Shown: positions 27,473 through 34,012 of the stretch, in pieces
How the letters are laid out: every line of letters begins with the position of its first letter
How positions within the stretch are numbered: the stretch's first letter is position 1
From: a virus
Lineage: Duplodnaviria; Caudoviricetes
Virus record (IMG/VR): IMGVR_UViG_3300025875_000772
Location: 1-47,029 of that record
Reading direction: 5' to 3' (one strand)
DNA length: 47,029 bases
Program-made: the position numbers and the translations under genes
The notes under the pieces: model-generated
The model's input: the letters and a program-made list of their open reading frames with translations, nothing else
Told to the model about the DNA's origin: nothing
Database searches by the model: none

Positions 27473-27973
27473 TTAAGCAGTCAGCAAGTGACGGTGGGCA
27501 ATGCCGGTGGCGTCGAGCCAATCCGTTAACTGCACCAGGTGGGTAGGGCGTACCGTGCTCCTGTCCCAAATAGCCTGCACCAAAGTTTCGATTACGGCCT
27601 CGGCTTCGTCTTCGTCAACAAGGTTGATTCGCAGGAGCGCCTTTGTCTTTTCTTGAGGCGTAATCACTTTGTTGCCGCACAGGCGTACGATTTCCTCCTT
27701 TTGAGCATTGGTAGCGTAGGCCGTAGAGGCTGGGGAGGTGGCTTGTGCCACTTCCCGCTCCAACTCCACGCGGCACACATTCTTGTGCCACAAAGCGAGT
27801 TGGGCTAGGTCTTCGCACTGATACACGCTATCGTTGGCCCGCAGGCGCTCGCCGGCGGTAAAGACGGCGCTGTTCATGCGGTGCATGATGAGGCGTCGGG
27901 TGGTGGAGAGAATGAGGTGGTGGGCTTGGGGAGCAAGCGTTGTCGCACTTGCGGAGGTGGTTGCGGTTTGCAT
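27473..27973 (-). CDS. Hypothetical protein sharing a domain with the prophage Bet C-terminus
   Basis: YATNAQKEEIVRL...ITPQEKTKALLRIN...QAIWDRS vs Bet YATPHQLDEICGL...ITVQEKTKMLLNIN...QAIEDRS. Confidence 0.75.
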   Translation of the reverse strand: MQTATTSASATTLAPQAHHLILSTTRRLIMHRMNSAVFTAGERLRANDSVYQCEDLAQLALWHKNVCRVELEREVAQATSPASTAYATNAQKEEIVRLCGNKVITPQEKTKALLRINLVDEDEAEAVIETLVQAIWDRSTVRPTHLVQLTDWLDATGIAHRHLLTA

Positions 27974-27984
27974 ACCTTTGGGGT

Positions 27985-28067
27985 TAGATAGATGAAAGAA
28001 TCGGGGTTGTCGCCCCGGCTCTGAATCGGGAGGTCACTCGTTGTCGCGGGTGGCCTCTTTCTCTTTC
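27985..28067 (+). ncRNA. Predicted antisense small RNA to the integrase-operon leader
   Basis: TACCTTTG at 27973-27980; two hairpins with loop TTGTCG (28002-28017, 28030-28057), then a T-rich tail. Confidence 0.45.
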
Positions 28068-28076
28068 AGAACATTA

Positions 28077-28183
28077 CAAAGATAAGGACTTTTCTTACGT
28101 AACAAAATACTTAACTAAATATTTTCTTACTTATTTTCTTACTTATTTTCTTATGCTGATATATTAAAAAAATGCTACCTTTG
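28077..28183. promoter_or_regulatory. Divergent promoters separated by tandem 12-bp repeats
   Basis: TATCTTTG on minus (28077-28084), TACCTTTG on plus (28176-28183); TATTTTCTTACT at 28120 and 28132, partial copies at 28144 and 28090. Confidence 0.6.
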
Positions 28184-28190
28184 TTCCACT

Positions 28191-28376
28191 ATGGAAGAGA
28201 AACCAAAACGCACTGGCCGCCCAACAAAAGACCGCGCCCGCCTCAAGAAAGGACGCACTTTGTCTTTCACCGATGCGGAGTATGAGAAACTGGTAGAGCT
28301 GGCAGGGGCCGCAGGTGTTGGGGTAAGCGAGTACGTTATCCTAAAGTGCGGCCTTACGCAGACACCGACTCTTTAA
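28191..28376 (+). CDS. Ribbon-helix-helix (MobC/CopG-like) regulator
   Basis: TGRP...RTLSFTDAEYEKLVELAGAAGVGVSEYV. Confidence 0.8.
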   Translation: MEEKPKRTGRPTKDRARLKKGRTLSFTDAEYEKLVELAGAAGVGVSEYVILKCGLTQTPTL

Positions 28377-28430
28377 AAAGCCCTTGCGCCTGCGCTACGC
28401 GTCAGGATTCGCGGCTAGCGAGCTAGCCTA

Positions 28431-28514
28431 ACTGAGTATGAAAAGCTGGCAGAGCAGGCGAACAGAGGGATAAGTGAACTAGTGATTGAGAAATTTGAGC
28501 TTAATCAGCCCTAA
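28431..28514 (+). pseudogene. Startless relic of a second RHH gene
   Basis: Translates TEYEKLAEQANRGISELVIEKFELNQP*; upstream in-frame stop and no ATG. Confidence 0.6.
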
Positions 28515-28652
28515 AAGGCGGGTTAACACTAGTTAATAGATTGTGTTAGCTGAACCCTCGAAAAAATTATTGCGTTAACTAAATAAGCCGGTTATATTTG
28601 TCACATATATAACCGGCGGTTACATCATATATCGCTCTAAAGACCACAAAAC

Positions 28653-28814
28653 ATGTCATCTGACTTCAACACCCAGCAAGCTAATGAGCCTGTTGCCCGT
28701 GGTGCGAATGTCATCAGCACCATCTTGAAAATGAAGAAAGCCGCCGATGCAGCTATTCGTAATGGCCAAGTAGACAAGCTGAAAGAGGCAGGTTTTAATT
28801 TTATTGTTTCGTAA
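28653..28814 (+). CDS. 53-aa protein missed by the ORF track
   Basis: MSSDFNTQQ...ILKMKKAADAAIRNGQ...GFNFIVS*; downstream of a TATATTTG box at about 28593. Confidence 0.65.
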   Translation: MSSDFNTQQANEPVARGANVISTILKMKKAADAAIRNGQVDKLKEAGFNFIVS

Positions 28815-28866
28815 ACTTGCTTACAAAGGCTGTAGTAGACTACTGTTGCTAGTCGATTAGTATCCG

Positions 28867-29376
28867 ATGTTTGATCCTTACTCAGTAACAGTAGAAAACG
28901 ATTCCCTTTTTTCTTTTGTAACTCGAAACTCTGTACAATATCAAGCCTACTTTTTAGGTGTTCCAACTTCGGAAGCCCCTGAAATAGATGGCTTGATATT
29001 TACGTTTTCGTTCATAGCTAACTACGAAGCTTGTAGTACGTTGCCTCCTGCTGATTATTCTATTAAAGCCACTATTAGGCAGATAATCCGACAGTTTCTA
29101 GAGAAGGATCAAAGCCGTGTGTTGTGCTTTACTTGTGATTCGGGGGACAATAAACATCACAAAAGGCAAATAGCTTTTGAGCGTTGGCATAAGGAAGATG
29201 ATCCGCAACAGCAATACTATTATTGGCCTTTTGCTATTCCAGCACCTTTAGAGGATGATTATCCCACTTTAGGCGGTTATTTTGTCCACAAAGACCACTA
29301 TATGCGAGGCGTCATACAAGAACACTTCGTTGAGTCAGTGATGATGTTCACTAATATTAAGACAATCGCAGCATAG
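28867..29376 (+). CDS. DUF6169-like protein
   Basis: FVT....Y...F; D..IKATI..II..F; LCFTCDSGDNKHHKRQIAFERW. Confidence 0.7.
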   Translation: MFDPYSVTVENDSLFSFVTRNSVQYQAYFLGVPTSEAPEIDGLIFTFSFIANYEACSTLPPADYSIKATIRQIIRQFLEKDQSRVLCFTCDSGDNKHHKRQIAFERWHKEDDPQQQYYYWPFAIPAPLEDDYPTLGGYFVHKDHYMRGVIQEHFVESVMMFTNIKTIAA

Positions 29377-29416
29377 CATGAAAAAGCCCCAACTCACCTG
29401 CTGGGGTTTTTTCATG
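29377..29416 (+). terminator. Intrinsic terminator
   Basis: CATGAAAAAGCCCCA...TGGGGTTTTTTCATG. Confidence 0.8.
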
Positions 29417-29648
29417 GCCTAAACTTTTGTTGCACAGCAGATCAAGTATAGAATAGTTGCCGAAAAAACCACCACCAGGGGGTGGTGAATATATAGGTTA
29501 TGTATCTTACTGTCAATAATTTATATTGATAGTAGTTGTGTATAAATACGTGTTACTTATAGATAATAATGTCTGAACTTGCGGCTACCCGCTGGGGCTT
29601 TTTTGCTACCTTAAGCCCATTCTTAAACCCCTTTATCTCGCAAAGCTT

Positions 29649-29885
29649 ATGGCGTTTCAACAAGGACAAACAGTAATGATGAAAAGCGGTAGTCCTATTA
29701 TGATAGTAGGAAATCTAAAAGACGGTCAATATTGGTGTAACTGGTGGAGCCCTATAGAAAACCAAGTTGCTGGTGCGTTTTTTTCTGAGCACTTGCTAAT
29801 GGCCGTTCATGGACCCAGTGTAGACGACGCCCTGAAATATCAAATTCAGTATGTTGCTGCTTACAAAGGTGGTAGCATCAAATAA
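29649..29885 (+). CDS. YodC/DUF2158-like small protein
   Basis: FQQGQTVMMKSGSPIMIV...CNWW...F....L. Confidence 0.8.
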   Translation: MAFQQGQTVMMKSGSPIMIVGNLKDGQYWCNWWSPIENQVAGAFFSEHLLMAVHGPSVDDALKYQIQYVAAYKGGSIK

Positions 29886-29918
29886 GAAAGGCCCGCTGTG
29901 TAGCGGGCCTTTCTTATT
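29881..29918. terminator. Bidirectional terminator
   Basis: Perfect 17-bp stem AATAAGAAAGGCCCGCT-gtgt-AGCGGGCCTTTCTTATT between convergent genes. Confidence 0.88.
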
Positions 29919-30279
29919 CTGGCGGAATACAACGGCGAATCTCTTCGGCCCGTTTCGCTGCTTCCAAGCCAGTGCAATAACTAATCTTGTTATAGACAAC
30001 CTCATCGTCTCCAATAGTCGTGGTCCAGGGCTTCATATACACCACTGTGTAACCTGGCAGATCAGGCTTCCAGTCCAGATAAAACACACAGGTTCCGTCC
30101 GTATAGTCCACTCGCATCAGCCGTTCGGCGTAGATTTCCAGTCCCAGCATAGCTACCGTCGGGAAGTCCTTCCACATGGCCTCTTCCAGGGTCTTCTGCG
30201 TCATGCTAGGGCCGCCATCTTCGTACGACGGGAGTGTGCCATCTTGGGCCGCATCAAGAACAGGCAGATCGACAGGCAT
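29914..30279 (-). CDS. Hypothetical acidic protein
   Basis: ATG just after TATCTTCG; ends at the terminator. Confidence 0.65.
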   Translation of the reverse strand: MPVDLPVLDAAQDGTLPSYEDGGPSMTQKTLEEAMWKDFPTVAMLGLEIYAERLMRVDYTDGTCVFYLDWKPDLPGYTVVYMKPWTTTIGDDEVVYNKISYCTGLEAAKRAEEIRRCIPPE

Positions 30280-30364
30280 AGGCGAAGATACTACCCCTAC
30301 TCCGACAACCGCAGGATGTATTCAATGACAAGTTAATATATAGATGATTAAGCATTGCTCTATG

Positions 30365-31165
30365 TTAAAGAACTTTTCTGTTGCGAACTTTTTCTATTGC
30401 CGCTACGACCTCGGCTACTACAAGAAGCCCTCCGCAAGCTTTACATGGTAAAGCGCGGTCATGCGGGCATGGTCGAAATCCATTTCCAAGCGGAGTATGT
30501 GCAATAAATTGAAATTGTATGCGATTAGGTGCTTTGCATTTAGGGCAAGGGAATTCTAACAAGATAGCTGGGTCGGTAGGAACTAGTTGTTTTAATAACT
30601 GCTCTAGTTCAGGCCCCGCAGGTATAATGAACCCTTGATTAAAATCTAATGGCTTATTCCAATCAGGCTTTAAAGTACTGAGAATAAGCGCGCGAACAGA
30701 CATCCTGATTGAATGAGTTGAATAGACGGTGGGCATCTTTGCGTTTTGCATACCAAACGCGTAACGAAACCCCTCGAATGCACTATCATTATCTTGTAGA
30801 ATCAAATCAATTTCCTCTTCAATACTTAGCGGACTTTGCCGTAATACCCGCTCGTGTAAAACCATTGAATCTGTTTGAGAAATAGCTTGAAAGAAAAACT
30901 CAATGATTTTTTTATGTTGTGGTTCTACGTCTGAATAGAGTGTATGCAGGTTATGAATTGCAGGAAATTCATTTTTAGGACTTTGGATACTTAATAGACA
31001 CTTTAAGTAGAGCTCTAAAGAGAAAGAACCACATGTAGCAATGGGTATTATTAAGTACGGCTTTTGACTTTTTTCAGGTCCTAATACTTTACAAGCTTCG
31101 TTAAAGTACTCTGCCTGAAGAAAGATCTCGTGAGGATCAGCGGAAAAGTATGTGATTTTTTTCAT
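30365..31165 (-). CDS. HEPN-like domain protein with C-terminal Zn ribbon
   Basis: SFSLELYLKCLL...IHNLHTLY...FEGFRY; CPKC...CKAC. Confidence 0.7.
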   Translation of the reverse strand: MKKITYFSADPHEIFLQAEYFNEACKVLGPEKSQKPYLIIPIATCGSFSLELYLKCLLSIQSPKNEFPAIHNLHTLYSDVEPQHKKIIEFFFQAISQTDSMVLHERVLRQSPLSIEEEIDLILQDNDSAFEGFRYAFGMQNAKMPTVYSTHSIRMSVRALILSTLKPDWNKPLDFNQGFIIPAGPELEQLLKQLVPTDPAILLEFPCPKCKAPNRIQFQFIAHTPLGNGFRPCPHDRALPCKACGGLLVVAEVVAAIEKVRNRKVL

Positions 31166-31214
31166 GGGACTTAATATAGAAATATATCATTCTATCTCAG
31201 TGTCAATAATCCCA

Positions 31215-31244
31215 AGCCGCCTGCCACCCGCAGGCGGCTTTTTT
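31215..31244 (+). repeat. 26-bp direct repeat copy 2 (complete terminator with T-tail)
   Basis: AGCCGCCTGCCACCCGCAGGCGGCTT followed by TTTT. Confidence 0.9.
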
Positions 31245-31261
31245 GCGTCCTATGCAAAACG

Positions 31262-31316
31262 GAGTTACGCTTTCGGCAAGTTCTTTTGCACTGGCTGCGA
31301 GGCAGTAGGATATTTA
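31262..31316 (+). promoter_or_regulatory. Candidate late promoter of the minor tail genes
   Basis: GAGTTACGCTTT at 31262; TAGGATATTTA at 31306. Confidence 0.6.
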
Positions 31317-31320
31317 CCTC

Positions 31321-31737
31321 ATGCCCTACACCGCGCCCCTGCTCATCCGCATCGACCTCTGCCCGCCCGCCGGCACCCACCTGCGCTGGCTGAGCCCGCT
31401 GGGTAACCTGGAAGGCTTCCTCTTCACTGGCGACGATGACCAGAAAATTGACGTGCGCAACGCCACCCGCTGGCAACCCGCTGGCACGCGGCGCACCGTA
31501 GCTGTGCGCCGCCCCGGCTACACCACACAGGTGCTCTATGCTGGCAATCTCGACACGTTGCAAGTGCAGGCGCTGACCACGCTACTGGACTCGCCCGCTG
31601 TCTACCTACAGGACTACAGCGGTAAGCTGACGCCCGTCTACCTGGTGCCCGGCTCTGCCCAGTTCACGCCCCGTGACGGTCGGCACGAGCTGAGCTTCGA
31701 ACTGGAACTGCCCGCCCGTAACGCCCTGACCAACTAG
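31321..31737 (+). CDS. Putative distal-tail-type structural protein
   Basis: LRWLSPLGNLEGFLF...LLDSPAVY motif; precedes the large minor tail gene. Confidence 0.65.
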   Translation: MPYTAPLLIRIDLCPPAGTHLRWLSPLGNLEGFLFTGDDDQKIDVRNATRWQPAGTRRTVAVRRPGYTTQVLYAGNLDTLQVQALTTLLDSPAVYLQDYSGKLTPVYLVPGSAQFTPRDGRHELSFELELPARNALTN

Positions 31738-31739
31738 CC

Positions 31740-33761
31740 GTGAACGAACTTCATCTCCCCGAGTCCGACGCCACATTCCTGGTGAACCGTGTGGCCTACA
31801 CTCGCTGCGACAACGACCTGACGCAACCCGACAGCGTGCAGTCGGACTACTCGACTACCATCAACCTGCCCGATGCCGCGCCCGTGCGCCGCGCCCTGGG
31901 CCACGCGGAGCAAGGCACGAGCACCACGCAGTTACCCTACCGCCAACTGGCCGCCGTGCTGCGCCTGGGGGGTGTAGAGGTGGTGCCCCGTGGGCAACTG
32001 CTCACCTGGAGCCACACCCGCCACGAAGGTTTCGAAGTGCAGGTGTTTGGTGGTAACGTGGACCTGTACACGGCCCTCGGAGATAAGAAGCTGCGCGAGT
32101 TAGACCTGAGCACCTATAACCACGCCTGGACCCTGCCCAACATCGTGGCAGGCGCCCGGCGCGCCAGCGGCTACCGCTACGACCTCTACGACCGCGGCCA
32201 GGGTGCTCCGGTAGCCGACACGGCGCTGAACGTGTTCGAGGCGGGGCTGTGGCCCACGGCCTACGTGCGCGCTGTCTGGGAACAGATTTTCAAGGAAGCG
32301 GGCGTGCAGTGGGGAGGCAACCTGCCGGCGGCGTTCGACCAGCTGGTAATGCCCGCCACGGAGCCCTTTGGGTACGGGGAAGAGATTCGCAAGGCCCATA
32401 CCAGCGCGGCGCTTCGGGCCGGCGGACTGGGCACGGCTGGCCGGGTGCTCAAAACCAGCGAGTTTACGCATACACTGGTGTACGACTCGGTAGCGGCGCC
32501 GCGCTACGTAGACCCGGCTGGGGGCTACAACACTGCCACGGGTGTACGGACTATTCAGCTAGCGGGCTACTACCGCCTGAAAGCAGGTCTGCGACTGTTT
32601 GCCAGAGCTAGCGTAGGCCGCGCCACTGGCCGGCTTGAATTGCTGGTGAACGGCAAGCCGGTAGCAGACGACTACATGAGCACGGGCAGCGGCACAGTGG
32701 CCCTGTCTGCTCAGATGGAGAAGGTGCTGTTGCAGGCTGGCGACACAGTAAGCGTGCGGCTGACAGGCAAACAGCGCAATACCATTACGCTGGGCGAGCG
32801 CTGGGAGTACGGCAACAGCCCCATGGATGAAGCCGACATCTTTGAAGTAGAGTTACTGGAAGAGTTTCCTCCCGGCGGCCTGGTGCGCTTGCAGGACTGG
32901 CTACCCGACCTGAGCCAAAAGGACTTCGTGAAATCCATTATCAGCCTATACGGACTGACACAGCGCACCGACCCCTACTCAGGCGCTGTGGTGTTCACGC
33001 CCACCGCGAACGTGATGCAGCAGCTCAGCAGCGCGGCTGATTGGTTGGGCCGCGTGGATGGGAGTCAGGCCAGTAGCCGTAGCTGGCGGGTAGGCGACTA
33101 CGCGCAACTGAACTGGTGGCGCTGGAAGGAAGACAGCACCAACCCTGCTACCGCTCCACGCCTGGGGCATGGTAGCCTCTCGTGCCCGAATACCACGCTG
33201 GATGCCACCAAGGACGTGCTGACGCTGCCCTTTGCCGCCACGGCTACGGGCGCGGGCGGGTTGCCCTTGGTGGCCTACTGGAAGAAAAAGGAGGCGGTTG
33301 ACGCGGCGAAGCTAGCCGAGCAAAAGGCTATTGCGGCCGACACGAAGAAAAGCAAGCTGGAGCGCGAAGCGGCCCGGCGGGAGGCAACGGCCCTGCAATA
33401 CGACACGCAGAGCCCCCAGCCGCGCCTGCTTTATGCCGCTGCCAACACCCGGCCGGTGGACCTGACGGATGGCACTGCTACCCGTGACGATGTGGCGCTG
33501 CCCGTGGCCACGTTTACGGGGTTGGACTTTGCTTCCGTGCTACTACCTACGTACTACCCACACTTGGCATCCGTGTTGCGTCGGCCGCTGGCGCTGACGC
33601 TCTCCGTGCGGCTCAGTGCAGCGGAGGTGGTGGCGTTTGACCAGACGGCGATGCCGGTATGGCTGGAGGGGGAAGGGTCGTTCTTCTGGGTGAATAAGAT
33701 CAGCCAGTTCGAAGCGGATCAGCCCAGTTGTGAGGTGGAGCTGTTGCGGTTGTCGGAGTAG
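31740..33761 (+). CDS. Minor tail / tail-tip hub protein
   Basis: SDYSTTINLP, LPDLSQKDFVKSI, FWVNKISQF...CEVELLRL, as recalled for Bacteroidota siphophage tail proteins. Confidence 0.75.
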   Translation: MNELHLPESDATFLVNRVAYTRCDNDLTQPDSVQSDYSTTINLPDAAPVRRALGHAEQGTSTTQLPYRQLAAVLRLGGVEVVPRGQLLTWSHTRHEGFEVQVFGGNVDLYTALGDKKLRELDLSTYNHAWTLPNIVAGARRASGYRYDLYDRGQGAPVADTALNVFEAGLWPTAYVRAVWEQIFKEAGVQWGGNLPAAFDQLVMPATEPFGYGEEIRKAHTSAALRAGGLGTAGRVLKTSEFTHTLVYDSVAAPRYVDPAGGYNTATGVRTIQLAGYYRLKAGLRLFARASVGRATGRLELLVNGKPVADDYMSTGSGTVALSAQMEKVLLQAGDTVSVRLTGKQRNTITLGERWEYGNSPMDEADIFEVELLEEFPPGGLVRLQDWLPDLSQKDFVKSIISLYGLTQRTDPYSGAVVFTPTANVMQQLSSAADWLGRVDGSQASSRSWRVGDYAQLNWWRWKEDSTNPATAPRLGHGSLSCPNTTLDATKDVLTLPFAATATGAGGLPLVAYWKKKEAVDAAKLAEQKAIAADTKKSKLEREAARREATALQYDTQSPQPRLLYAAANTRPVDLTDGTATRDDVALPVATFTGLDFASVLLPTYYPHLASVLRRPLALTLSVRLSAAEVVAFDQTAMPVWLEGEGSFFWVNKISQFEADQPSCEVELLRLSE

Positions 33762-33763
33762 CC

Positions 33764-34012
33764 TCACACATCCTGCTCCATTTCCCGCATGGCCCGGTAG
33801 ACGGTTTCTTTCGAGACGCCGCACTGCCGGGCCGTTTCTTCTACCGCCTGCGTTACGTGGTCCACGTAGCGCGGAGTGCTGCGCAGGGCCTGGTAGTACA
33901 GGTACACATCGCGGTAGTTGTAGGTCTTTAGGTTCACGACGCCGGCAGCGTAGAGCGTCCCGAGCTGGCCGGACTCGGCTAGGGTGTTGAGCATCGAAAT
34001 GAGCGTGGCCAT
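33764..34012 (-). CDS. Small HTH protein
   Basis: AVEETARQCGVSKETVYRAMREM; TAATG-coupled to the tape measure gene. Confidence 0.8.
   Translation of the reverse strand: MATLISMLNTLAESGQLGTLYAAGVVNLKTYNYRDVYLYYQALRSTPRYVDHVTQAVEETARQCGVSKETVYRAMREMEQDV

Larger units (their letters stand above)
24464..31240. mobile_element. Candidate integrative element nested in the prophage
   Basis: Bounded by the 26-bp direct repeat; carries a tyrosine integrase and non-structural genes only. Confidence 0.55.

Noticed and set aside
28637-28966. Minus-strand 109-aa ORF
   Set aside because: Antisense to two better-supported plus-strand genes that have a promoter and terminator.
29851-30336. Plus-strand 161-aa ORF
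   Set aside because: Runs through a bidirectional terminator and is antisense to the more protein-like 29914-30279.
19673-31240. Diversity-generating retroelement or retron next to the tail fibre
   Set aside because: No reverse transcriptase motifs in any ORF and no template/variable repeat pair seen.
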